A stretch of 41,812 nucleotides of DNA from the IMG/VR virus record IMGVR_UViG_3300036850_000087, positions 1 to 41,812 of that record, one strand, 5' to 3'. Shown here piece after piece: positions 1 through 7,954 of the stretch. The DNA is from a virus. A model generated the notes under the pieces. That model was not told the origin of the DNA, did no database searches, and saw only the letters and a list, made by a program, of their open reading frames with translations. The stretch's first letter is position 1; each line of letters starts with the position of its first letter. A program made the translations under genes and the position numbers.

Positions 1-127
1 GACCTTCGGTGTCTCACCTCGGGAGCGAGCCTGTCGGCGTTCGCTAGCAGAGCGGTACTTCCCGTAGAAGCTCTGGCGTTTGGACTGACGGGCGGCTCTG
101 CGCTTGCGTGCTGCGGCGATACCGGGG
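1..127. repeat. Terminal direct repeat, an exact copy of 41686..41812. The genome is circular or terminally redundant, with unique length 41,685 bp.
   Basis: Bases 1-127 (gaccttcggtgtctcacc...gcggcgataccgggg) are identical to the last 127 bases. A minus-strand ORF continues in frame across the junction. Confidence 0.95.
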
Positions 128-135
128 GAGGTCAT
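1..135 (-). CDS. 5' portion of the SLT-like lytic transglycosylase gene; it continues at 41685..41254 once the ends are joined
   Basis: The ATG at 135-133 overlaps the TGA of the upstream gene (ATGA). It translates to MTSPGIAAARKRRAARQSKRQSFYGKYRSASERRQARSRGETPKV. The 135 nt make 45 codons and join in frame to 41685 and downward. Confidence 0.6.
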   Translation of the reverse strand, partial: MTSPGIAAARKRRAARQSKRQSFYGKYRSASERRQARSRGETPKV

Positions 136-773
136 CGTCCCGTTGTGGAGAAGTGCCACCACTCTTTGGGCAGCTGCTTGAGCCCGTGAGCCTCAAGAAC
201 CCGCTTAGCAGATTGGTACTTCGGGTCGTTGGGTCCTGAGTAGTAGGACTGGTCCAGGTCGAAGGCATTTCCTCGTTCGTGCTCAGAGCGACCGGGTTTG
301 GCGACCAGCCCCGGCTTCCTTGCATGTCCGGCAGCTTGGGCGGCGTGGGAGCGGTAGGTGTCGTGGAAGCGGATCTGCTGACCCGAAGCCTTCTCCGCTC
401 GCCTCAACCGCTTGAGCGCGTCCATGGTGAACTTCCCACCCCGGTAGGCGTACAAAGGCTCTCCGGTGATGTGCGAACGTCCTACGGGTGCTCCTGCATG
501 GAAACCGGGTTCGTAGCCAGCACCAGGGGTCTTGGCACTCATCAGCTTCATCTGCGGCGCACCACGTCCTGTGGACCTGCGAACCACGGTCTTGCGCGGT
601 TTAGAACCGCCGCCTTGTGTCGCTACCACCCTCGCGGATTCGCCCCTGCCACGGGCCTGACGCCGTTCCGAGGCCGATTTGTACTTGCCGTAGAAAGCCT
701 GGCGGGCAGATTGTCTTGCTGCCCTTCGCTTGCGGGCTGCTGCGATCCCCGGTGAGGGTTGGCCCCTCGACAT
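132..773 (-). CDS. Peptidase M15 (VanY-like, LAS zinc peptidase) peptidoglycan hydrolase with a basic N-terminal module
   Basis: 213 aa. Motifs: IRFHDTYRSHAAQ, PGRSEHERGNAFDL (SxHxxGxAxD) and EWWHF. The N-terminus PGIAAARKRRAARQSARQAFYGKYKSASERRQARGRGE is duplicated in the next gene. Confidence 0.8.
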   Translation of the reverse strand: MSRGQPSPGIAAARKRRAARQSARQAFYGKYKSASERRQARGRGESARVVATQGGGSKPRKTVVRRSTGRGAPQMKLMSAKTPGAGYEPGFHAGAPVGRSHITGEPLYAYRGGKFTMDALKRLRRAEKASGQQIRFHDTYRSHAAQAAGHARKPGLVAKPGRSEHERGNAFDLDQSYYSGPNDPKYQSAKRVLEAHGLKQLPKEWWHFSTTGR

Positions 774-775
774 CT

Positions 776-976
776 CTAAGCTCGGGTGGCCTTACGCAGA
801 CCTCTGACCCGCTTACGCAGGTTGGGGAAGGTGCGGTTGAGAGCAACCACGACCCCGGACTTCCCCGCTGACACAGAGGACTTGGGGCCTGTAGCGCTCA
901 CACCGCCTTTACCTGCGGATGCGGTGCGCTTCTTGCCTTCGTAGCGGGTTCCGCCTTTTCCTGCGGTGAACTTCAT
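776..976 (-). CDS. Small Lys/Gly-rich basic protein (66 aa)
   Basis: The ATG at 976 is preceded by AGGAGG with about 5 nt spacing. Sequence: MKFTAGKGGTRYEGKKRTASAGKGG..., with repeated AGKGG. The longer track ORF 776..1291 overlaps 985..1449 and is not used. Confidence 0.6.
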   Translation of the reverse strand: MKFTAGKGGTRYEGKKRTASAGKGGVSATGPKSSVSAGKSGVVVALNRTFPNLRKRVRGLRKATRA

Positions 977-984
977 CTGACCTC

Positions 985-1449
985 CTATCGGGTGAGACGG
1001 TTGCGGGTCTGCTGTCGGATCGCAGCCACCCGCGACGAGAGGTTGCCCTTGCCTTGTGCGAACTGACCAAGAAGTGAGGTCAGAAGGTTCGGGTTCACCT
1101 GCGGGGTGGTCGCTGGTGGTGTCGTTGGAGTCGTAGCGGGAGGTGTAGTAGCCGGTGGAGTCGGTGTGGCCCCTTGTCCAAGCGTGGATCCCTGACCGAA
1201 GGCCCAGTTGTAGGCCGGCTGGATGAGTCCCCCGTAGCGCTGACCGAACTTCGGTCCCATGAAGTTCAGCGCACCTTGCATGACGCTCCACGGAGGAACC
1301 AACTGCCCCAGGATCTGGGAGAGGAAGAACTGGTTGCTCGGTGACAGCGGCAGGGCCGTGGATGGGGTCGTGGATACCGGGGTTGTGGACGCCGTGGACG
1401 GTGGTTGGGTAACGGGTGGGGTTCCTTGTGGGTTATCGGCTTCTGCCAT
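985..1449 (-). CDS. Pro/Thr-rich virion-associated protein, paralog of 1458..1784
   Basis: 154 aa with PT-rich tracts (TPPATTPPATTPTTPPATTP). It shares FLSQILGQL / LLGQFAQGKG..R..IRQQTRNR-type motifs with the upstream gene. Confidence 0.65.
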   Translation of the reverse strand: MAEADNPQGTPPVTQPPSTASTTPVSTTPSTALPLSPSNQFFLSQILGQLVPPWSVMQGALNFMGPKFGQRYGGLIQPAYNWAFGQGSTLGQGATPTPPATTPPATTPTTPPATTPQVNPNLLTSLLGQFAQGKGNLSSRVAAIRQQTRNRLTR

Positions 1450-1457
1450 GGTGCCTC

Positions 1458-1784
1458 CTAGACGACCTGACCAGAGATTACATCCCCGGTCCTCTTTGAG
1501 CCCGACTGACGGACCCTCTCACGATTGTTCACCTGTCGGGCGGTCCCTTGAGAACCCTGCATCTGCTTGAGCAGGTCGGCCAGAAGACTCGAGATATCCG
1601 TCTCCCAGAACTGGGTGACCTGCTGGGGTGTTTGGGGCTGCGGGTTCTGGGCCTGACCGGGTGTGGGCTGACCCAGGGATGCCAGGAACTGCGTGATGGA
1701 CAGGTTGCCCGGGGACGTTCCCGTACCGGTCTGCTGAGTTTGTCTTGGGAACCTGGAGCCGAAGTTGGGGATCGAGCCGATCAT
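1458..1784 (-). CDS. Gln/Pro-rich protein, paralog of 985..1449
   Basis: 108 aa. QFLASLGQPTPG and LLADLLKQMQGSQGTARQVNNRERVRQ parallel the motifs of 985..1449. ATGA-type coupling to 1781..2182. Confidence 0.65.
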   Translation of the reverse strand: MIGSIPNFGSRFPRQTQQTGTGTSPGNLSITQFLASLGQPTPGQAQNPQPQTPQQVTQFWETDISSLLADLLKQMQGSQGTARQVNNRERVRQSGSKRTGDVISGQVV

Positions 1785-2182
1785 GTCGTTCTCTGCTGAA
1801 TCTCAAGGCGGGATATCAGGGCGAACTCCGTGGTCTTTTGGAAGGTCTGTTGGTCCACCCCTGCGTAGAAGGTTGTTGAGGCCGATGTTACCGCTGCCGT
1901 AGCCCCGAAGTGAAGGGATATGCGCCCGACGTTCAGACCGTTGAGCTCGGCCGTGGACAACGTCGATTCGTAGCGGATGGTTTGGTTGGCCAGGGTCGTA
2001 GCCGTTATCAGGTTCACGATGAAGGTGGTAGCACCGATGGCCGATGTGTTCGACGTGAAGGCCGCTCCTGCCCCCGTGGAGTTGTCCCAGACCATAGATT
2101 GAACAAACGTCGAGGGTGCGATCCCGGCGATACGCCTTCCGGCTTCATCGAGGCCCCTAAGTGAGATGACGCGGGCCATCAA
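1781..2182 (-). CDS. Ser/Thr-rich small virion protein (hypothetical)
   Basis: 133-aa ORF that overlaps its neighbours by 4 nt. The composition is beta-rich and S/T/N-rich, like other small structural ORFs here. Confidence 0.6.
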   Translation of the reverse strand: MMARVISLRGLDEAGRRIAGIAPSTFVQSMVWDNSTGAGAAFTSNTSAIGATTFIVNLITATTLANQTIRYESTLSTAELNGLNVGRISLHFGATAAVTSASTTFYAGVDQQTFQKTTEFALISRLEIQQRTT

Positions 2183-2340
2183 CTCTCCTCGTCGGTTATG
2201 AGGATGCGGTCACCCTCAACCGCTAGGATTGTGACCCCTTCCTCAGACAGTTTCTTGAGGAGTTCTTCTACGGTCTGTTCTTTTCCAGGGCGGACCCATT
2301 GCTGAAAGCGGATGCGATGGTCCTGGTTGCCGATCTTCAT
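2179..2340 (-). CDS. Small hypothetical protein (53 aa)
   Basis: The ATG at 2340 overlaps the TGA of the upstream gene (ATGA). Sequence: MKIGNQDHRIRFQQWVRPGKEQTVEELLKKLSEEGVTILAVEGDRILITDEES. The longer track start (2487) lies inside 2337..3197. Confidence 0.55.
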   Translation of the reverse strand: MKIGNQDHRIRFQQWVRPGKEQTVEELLKKLSEEGVTILAVEGDRILITDEES

Positions 2341-3197
2341 GTCCGGTAGGTGAACGACAGGCGAGCACCGTCCACCGCACTCACCTCCTTGGAGTAGATG
2401 GTGGCCGTGGAACCGGCCGCTATCCCCTCGATGCGGATGGTCGCGGTATTCGTCGTTCCCATCCTGCCAGCCAGATACGTCGTCCAAGACCCGGCCGAAG
2501 CAGCAAGGGGATACGCCACGGCACCAGTAGAGGTCGAGAGGGCTACAGACTGAGCCGGTCCCGCTGCGGGAGGGGCGTTGGCACAGATCAACGCTGCTTC
2601 CGTCCAGTTCTCCAAGAGCGATGAGATTCCGACCAGGTTCATAGTCCCTGCCATAAGCGTCGTAACGGAAACCTTGGTCAGATGAAGCGTGGCCGATTGC
2701 ACGGAGACAACCGGAGAGAACCCTGAAAGATCGAAACCGATGTAAGCACGGTCGTTCGCATCGACCAGGAGGTTCTCACCGTTGTGGTTGGCTGTATCGA
2801 CGCACACTCCCGCAGCTTGGAGAGTAGAAGCGTAGACATCCTTCACCACGTTCTTGGCGTTCACGTTGAACTCGCTAACAGTGATGGCGGATTCGTGGGT
2901 GGTCATGGGGTAGGTGTTGGTCAGACCGAAAGTCAACATCTGTGATTCCTGAATCGAGGGCGAGAATCCCACGATCTGCGCGTAGTCCGTGAACGTCTGC
3001 TCTTCGGTCAGGTCGTATTCGGTTATCTCGGAGTGCGCCGTCATCACGGATTCCTGGACGTTGCCAGATGTAGCCACACCGAAGTCGGGGCCGACGACGA
3101 TAGAAGCCGGACCCCCCGGAGCACCACCGCCGCCTCCAACCGGACGGGTGAAGATGCGCTTACCGCCCTTGGTCAAAATCCCACCTCGGCGAACCAC
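2337..3197 (-). CDS. DNRLRE-type (carbohydrate-binding-like beta-sandwich) domain protein, probable fibre/receptor-binding component
   Basis: 286 aa. NLLVDANDRAYIGFDLSGFSPVVSVQSATLHL ... ENWTEAALICANAP matches the DNRLRE domain pattern (..r.yl.FDLs....v.sA.L.L ... W.E..vtW.n.P). The likely true start is the TTG at 3176 (GAGG SD, TTGA overlap). Confidence 0.55.
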   Translation of the reverse strand: MVRRGGILTKGGKRIFTRPVGGGGGAPGGPASIVVGPDFGVATSGNVQESVMTAHSEITEYDLTEEQTFTDYAQIVGFSPSIQESQMLTFGLTNTYPMTTHESAITVSEFNVNAKNVVKDVYASTLQAAGVCVDTANHNGENLLVDANDRAYIGFDLSGFSPVVSVQSATLHLTKVSVTTLMAGTMNLVGISSLLENWTEAALICANAPPAAGPAQSVALSTSTGAVAYPLAASAGSWTTYLAGRMGTTNTATIRIEGIAAGSTATIYSKEVSAVDGARLSFTYRT

Positions 3198-3448
3198 TCA
3201 AGGGTCGTGGAGGAAAACGTCAGGGTCGAGTTGGTGATCTTGAACGATGGCGTCCAGTCAAAGGGCATCACGGTCGTCACGGATATCGGCTCGGCGAAGG
3301 ACGTGTAGGGCATGCTCACCACAACGTTCCCGGAAGAACCGATAGCGATAACACGGAGTCCCAGAAGGCGCTCGGTAGACGTGACGACGAGGGAGCCTCC
3401 GATCGTCGAGCGGTAATAGCCGGGACCGTCATGGGCTAAGAGGCTCAT
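3173..3448 (-). CDS. Small virion protein (91 aa)
   Basis: The ATG at 3448 overlaps the upstream TGA (ATGA). Sequence: MSLLAHDGPGYYRSTIGGSLVVTSTERLLG.... The track ORF extended to 3730 overlaps 3445..3837 and is rejected. Confidence 0.55.
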   Translation of the reverse strand: MSLLAHDGPGYYRSTIGGSLVVTSTERLLGLRVIAIGSSGNVVVSMPYTSFAEPISVTTVMPFDWTPSFKITNSTLTFSSTTLEWFAEVGF

Positions 3449-3837
3449 GCATTGAACTCGTGGACGATCATGCTCATGTTGTAGCGAAAGTCCGCCGCTG
3501 TAGAGCCCGTCGCGAGCACGGTCTTTCCCTGAAGCTGTTTCCCCGCAGGAAGCCACACACCTACGAACTCGTTGACGGTGTGGATGCCGTTGCCCGTCTC
3601 GTGAGCCGAGATGAAGAAACGCTGGTGTGATCCCGAGAGGTCGGTCGTGAAGTACACCTGGAGCTGAGCGGGATTCGGTGCCGCACCGGCGAACTTCTCG
3701 CAGTACGCCTGACCAAAGGAGAGGAACCACTTCTTCCCCGCAGGAACCGTCTGGTTGATACGAACCTGAGTCGAGCCGTCGGCCGGTGAGGGTTCTCCGA
3801 AGCTGAAGAGGTGAAGGGTCTGCTGGATGTCGGCCAT
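3445..3837 (-). CDS. Virion protein, paralog of 3837..4316
   Basis: 130 aa. Shared motifs with the upstream gene: VPAGKKW / VPADRRW, GVWLPAG / GVWLPPG, YNMSMIVHE / YEMSCLVHE. Confidence 0.65.
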   Translation of the reverse strand: MADIQQTLHLFSFGEPSPADGSTQVRINQTVPAGKKWFLSFGQAYCEKFAGAAPNPAQLQVYFTTDLSGSHQRFFISAHETGNGIHTVNEFVGVWLPAGKQLQGKTVLATGSTAADFRYNMSMIVHEFNA

Positions 3838-4316
3838 CAGCTCTGATGTTCGTGGACGAGGCAGGACATCTCGTAGGTCAGAGAGCTAAGCGTCAGACCG
3901 GGGTTGATGTAGAGCCACGCCCTCACCACGGTTCCGGGCGGTAACCACACCCCGAGATGGTGGTTGGCGATGGCCTCGTTCTGAGAAGTTCCAGGAGTCA
4001 TGACCGTGTCCTCTGCTTGCTCGCTTGAGTACCAGTTGAAGAGCCCGGTGAACTGCCCGGCTCCCGGTGGTGTGCCCTCTTTGTGTGTGCGGATGTGACA
4101 GAAGCCCATCTCCCATCTGCGATCGGCAGGGACCGTCCAGGACGCCACCACATGGGAGTCGTTGGTCGTTGGGGTCCCACCGACGTACAGATGTGTAGAA
4201 GACACGTACCGCTGGGTGAGCTCGGTGGCCTCATTGGGCCAGTACCAGGCGTCCTGAGGTGTCCAGTCTGAGGTGACCGCCTGGAAAGAGCCGGAGCCTT
4301 GAGAGGGGACGAACAT
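3837..4316 (-). CDS. Virion protein, paralog of 3445..3837
   Basis: 159 aa with the same three motifs as 3445..3837. Its start/stop junction with the downstream paralog overlaps by 1 nt. Confidence 0.65.
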   Translation of the reverse strand: MFVPSQGSGSFQAVTSDWTPQDAWYWPNEATELTQRYVSSTHLYVGGTPTTNDSHVVASWTVPADRRWEMGFCHIRTHKEGTPPGAGQFTGLFNWYSSEQAEDTVMTPGTSQNEAIANHHLGVWLPPGTVVRAWLYINPGLTLSSLTYEMSCLVHEHQS

Positions 4317-4317
4317 G

Positions 4318-5160
4318 TCATGTCGTCGCCGCGATGGCGTAGTTGGAGGACAGGTACATCCGCACCTGTGACTTCTGGGCTGAGGTCAAGGTGACCCCGT
4401 CGTACACGACCATCTCGGCCATGTCCCCATCGAAGAAGTTGATCTGACCGGGCGAGTAAAGAAGCGCACCAACGGAGACCACCGTCGATGTGATGTCTCC
4501 GAACCAAGCCCCGTCGTTGGCTCCGGCCTCCGTCGTCAGACCCTGGGTCGTGCCGTCGATGCGGAAGTCGTAGGAGGTTCCGGCCGAGTGGTACTCGAAG
4601 ATGTGGAAGGCCGTGGTGACCGTGGAGTTGCCTCGCAGGATGTTCGCAGCTACACCGTTGGCTCGCTCGAAAACACGAGGACGTATCTCCCCAGCCGCCG
4701 TGGAGACGAGGTCAAGCGTTAGAGCCGCCGAGGATGCAGCTGCGGTATCAGCCTGCGATAAGAAGGCGTAACCAGACACCACACCCGACCCCGCCGTATC
4801 GGACTTGCCGACGACGAAGACGCTCCCCGTCTGACCGGACAGAAAGGCTGAGGTTCGGGTGAGGGTGTCGTCGGTGCCGTCGAAGCGGACTATGCGGCGT
4901 CCGTTGACCACGGTCGTCTTCATCACCGGCTGTTGGGCAACCGTGGTCTGAGTTACGTGGCGAAGGTTGGTCGAGCGGTCGTGCCATGTTGTTACAGCGG
5001 CATCGTCCGCATAGACCTCCTGGTTGGCGTCGTACCAAGCAGCCAGCCCCGCAATGTCAGTCGGCGTGAAGGAGGTAGGTGCAGCGGCAGCGGCTGCACG
5101 GGAAACGAAGAAACCCGCTTTCTTAGAAGGGTTGAAGACGTTGTCGGTACGGAAGGGCAT
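4318..5160 (-). CDS. LamG / concanavalin-A-like lectin domain protein (tail fibre or receptor-binding candidate)
   Basis: 280 aa. WYDAN....VTTWHDRS......QP....VNGRRIVRFDGTDDTL...VFVVGK ... FFDGDMAEMVVYDGVTLT is the typical Laminin_G_3 pattern. Confidence 0.6.
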   Translation of the reverse strand: MPFRTDNVFNPSKKAGFFVSRAAAAAAPTSFTPTDIAGLAAWYDANQEVYADDAAVTTWHDRSTNLRHVTQTTVAQQPVMKTTVVNGRRIVRFDGTDDTLTRTSAFLSGQTGSVFVVGKSDTAGSGVVSGYAFLSQADTAAASSAALTLDLVSTAAGEIRPRVFERANGVAANILRGNSTVTTAFHIFEYHSAGTSYDFRIDGTTQGLTTEAGANDGAWFGDITSTVVSVGALLYSPGQINFFDGDMAEMVVYDGVTLTSAQKSQVRMYLSSNYAIAATT

Positions 5161-5171
5161 GGCTTCGCTAC

Positions 5172-5474
5172 CTATTGCCTCCCGACGATGACCCTGATCT
5201 CAGCGGTGGAGTTCGAGGTCAACCCCCACACCGGATCGGAGCGGTGAAGGGACATCGACAGAACCCCGGTAGTCCCGATGGGGAACGCTCCTGAGGCTGT
5301 CGTGATGCTCGATGACCCCCCGATGTAGACAGCCAGGACCGTGGACATATTGGCGATGGCGATGGGGACGGGGTCTTGGATGTGACCCCCCACCAGATTG
5401 AAGGCCGTAGTCCCCGTGGTGAGTATGGCCGTCGGTGTTGTAGACAACTGGATGGAGGTCGTAGCGAGCGTCAT
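5172..5474 (-). CDS. Small Ser/Thr-rich virion protein
   Basis: 100 aa. MTLATTSIQLSTTPTA... resembles the N-termini of 34150..34518 and 34522..34881. ATGA overlap with the portal stop. Confidence 0.6.
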   Translation of the reverse strand: MTLATTSIQLSTTPTAILTTGTTAFNLVGGHIQDPVPIAIANMSTVLAVYIGGSSSITTASGAFPIGTTGVLSMSLHRSDPVWGLTSNSTAEIRVIVGRQ

Positions 5475-7246
5475 CGTTGGCCTTTCTGTGCGGCGGCTGT
5501 GAAGGCTGCTTGGAGAGATTGCTGCTGGACCGTTTGGGCGATGTGCTTGGCGTTGGGGACCTGGTGGAACTCCTCAAGGAGCGTCAATAGGTCGAGCGCC
5601 CCCATCTGGTAGAGGCTGTCTCCCTCGGCGGCTTTGGCCAAACGGGATGTCGGTAGCGATGAGCCGGCCTCGACGTACACCTTGAAGTCGATGGGGACGT
5701 AGCTCTCCAGCTCCTGGGTCTCGAGATTCATCTGCGGTAGCTGGAAGTGACGGGCACCCAGAGCCAGCATGTCCAGTTCGCCTTGAAGACCGACCTGAGC
5801 GATGTTGCGCGGCTCGGTGAAGAACTGCACGACGTTGGAGGCGATCTGGTCGGTAGCCCTAGAAAGGGCCCGTTCCATAGAGCGCACGATGGAGCGGATG
5901 CGCACGAAAGAAGCCTCCTGGACGGCGTCCACAGAAGCAGCGGCTTCACGTCTGCGGAAGGCCTCACCTCTTGCCACAGCAGAGATGCCCAAAGCTCTGT
6001 CGATGGCCTCCCGGTAGTAGGCGATGAGCGAGAAGATGTCGGGTCCCGCTCTGGGGGGATCGAGCCATCTGACCTCGGAACCCGGAGACTTCGTGATCCT
6101 CGAGCCAGGACGGTTGATGACCTTGGTCCTCTGGGTCCCGGCTCTCTCGTCCTCTAAGAGGATCGGGTTGCCCGTGAGCTCGGCGTTGATCTGAAGCGAT
6201 GCCAGCAAACGGTTCAGGGCGATGAGGGCGGGAAGTATCTGTTCGGTCATGGCGATGGACCACCACTCACCGGTGTGAGCTAGTGGAAACCGGATGTACG
6301 GCAGCCCCCCGTGAGAGAAGGGATTCGAGGTGTCCTCGGTCAGAACGACGTTTCCCGCGATGGCCACGAACTGCCAGTAGGGGATGTCGATGTCGGCTCT
6401 TTGCCCCCCGATGATGGAGGTCACCCGTTTGGTGGCCTTCACCCAGCACTCAAGAAGTCGTGCCGTCTCGGTGTAGTCCTCGGTTCTTGTTCCTGGGGTA
6501 GGTCCGAAGCGAGGCGGCATCCCCGGAGAAGCCGTTCCCGGCCAGTCCCCCGTAACACCTGTTGCCGACAGGTTGGTCTGAGGGACGATCTCTAGACCTT
6601 GGATACGAGGTCTTGAGTCTGAGTCGGTCCTAGCCTCGCCTTCCACCAGATGGCCGCGTTCGGGGAAGCGCTGGCGTATCTCGTAAAGCGATGCGTCCCG
6701 GGCCTCGATGAGGTAGCGGATGTCGTCCTCATTGGAGCCGTGGGGGTCGGGGTAGACCGAATAGGGGTCGATGCGGGAGTAGGTGACATCCCCCTTCCCG
6801 GAATCAGAGGCGGGGTCAAAACCCGTCTTGGCGATCCCGCCCCCGAAGGTCAAGGCATCTAGGACCATCATCTCCTGCTGGGTCTGGAAGTCCCCGGTAA
6901 CCCATCGGGCATGGAGAACCGACTTCATGTCCTTGGATTTCTGCTCTAGGGCTTCCTGGGGGACCTGGGTGTTTTTCGGGACCTCGGGGGCCACCATGAA
7001 CGAGGGGGCCTGGTCGGTCATCCACGCGACGAGGGTGGCGTAGCCCGGGTAAAGCTCCGCAGACGACGGGGAGGGCATCCATTGGGGCCGGAACTCGGAC
7101 CAGGACTGGTTCCTGAGGAGCCGGTAGTAGCGGTCCCAGTTGGTCTTCAGCTTGCGCTTCTCGGAGCGCGCGTCGGAGTACAGGTCGCGGACGAAGTTGA
7201 GGGTGGCTGAGTCGTCCGGGTCGGGAGAGACGGCGGGAAGGGTCAA
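5471..7246 (-). CDS. Portal (head-tail connector) protein, putative
   Basis: 591 aa with a TTG start. The call rests on size, an acidic C-terminal region and position downstream of the large terminase and upstream of virion genes; I cannot verify a specific motif. Confidence 0.6.
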   Translation of the reverse strand: MTLPAVSPDPDDSATLNFVRDLYSDARSEKRKLKTNWDRYYRLLRNQSWSEFRPQWMPSPSSAELYPGYATLVAWMTDQAPSFMVAPEVPKNTQVPQEALEQKSKDMKSVLHARWVTGDFQTQQEMMVLDALTFGGGIAKTGFDPASDSGKGDVTYSRIDPYSVYPDPHGSNEDDIRYLIEARDASLYEIRQRFPERGHLVEGEARTDSDSRPRIQGLEIVPQTNLSATGVTGDWPGTASPGMPPRFGPTPGTRTEDYTETARLLECWVKATKRVTSIIGGQRADIDIPYWQFVAIAGNVVLTEDTSNPFSHGGLPYIRFPLAHTGEWWSIAMTEQILPALIALNRLLASLQINAELTGNPILLEDERAGTQRTKVINRPGSRITKSPGSEVRWLDPPRAGPDIFSLIAYYREAIDRALGISAVARGEAFRRREAAASVDAVQEASFVRIRSIVRSMERALSRATDQIASNVVQFFTEPRNIAQVGLQGELDMLALGARHFQLPQMNLETQELESYVPIDFKVYVEAGSSLPTSRLAKAAEGDSLYQMGALDLLTLLEEFHQVPNAKHIAQTVQQQSLQAAFTAAAQKGQR

Positions 7247-7249
7247 CCG

Positions 7250-7525
7250 TCAGGCATTTGAGTCCTTTTTCGGAATCAAAACAACACCCCAACTCCAGCC
7301 ATCTGCCTTCCGATGTGCTTGGGGCTTACCGTCCACATCCCTGTATTCGATAACGGCCGGTTCGGTCCACGAAGCTCCACACTCGGAGCAATCCCATAAG
7401 CCCAACCCCATAGCCCTCGTGATCCGCCCGTCCGGTTTGGCGCACTCGCTACAGCTCTCCGGGCCTTTGCCGGTGAAGTCAGGTTCCGGGTTCAACGAAG
7501 GTTCCTCCATAACCACCAGAGCCAT
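7250..7525 (-). CDS. Hypothetical Cys-pair (zinc-ribbon-like) protein
   Basis: 91 aa with CSEC...CSEC pairs. It is tightly packed before the portal gene. Confidence 0.55.
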   Translation of the reverse strand: MALVVMEEPSLNPEPDFTGKGPESCSECAKPDGRITRAMGLGLWDCSECGASWTEPAVIEYRDVDGKPQAHRKADGWSWGVVLIPKKDSNA

Positions 7526-7570
7526 ACGGTGTACAGCGAGAAGACGGCACCAAGGTAAGCGACCAGGAGC

Positions 7571-7954
7571 CTACCCGGGGAAATACGTCTTCTTCGGTTC
7601 ATCAAGACCTAACTCTCGACGCAGTCTTCTACGGGGCTCCAGACCGGCCTCGGTGGCTCCCAGGGCCTCAGAATCTCCCGCGTTGACCACCTCATAGGAG
7701 ACATCGTGTCCACGGGCGTTCTGCTCGGACTCTCCCTTTCGTAGTCCGTCTCGGAACTCCCGCATAGAGGAGACATAAGCTCCGATCGAGTGATTGAAGT
7801 GGGGACGGAACGGAGTCGGAGTCGCCGGGACCGTGTAGACACGCGCAAGGACCCCCCCGCATTCACAAGAGGTTGACCCTTTCCCAGCCGTAATCGGAGC
7901 GTAGCGCTCTTCATCGGCTCCGCAATCTTCACAGTGAAGGGGATACAGGGGCAT
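7571..7954 (-). CDS. FmdB-type zinc-ribbon protein
   Basis: 127 aa. The N-terminus MPLYPLHCEDCGADEERY....CECGG fits the FmdB/CxxC-x-CxxC regulatory zinc-ribbon pattern. Confidence 0.55.
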   Translation of the reverse strand: MPLYPLHCEDCGADEERYAPITAGKGSTSCECGGVLARVYTVPATPTPFRPHFNHSIGAYVSSMREFRDGLRKGESEQNARGHDVSYEVVNAGDSEALGATEAGLEPRRRLRRELGLDEPKKTYFPG

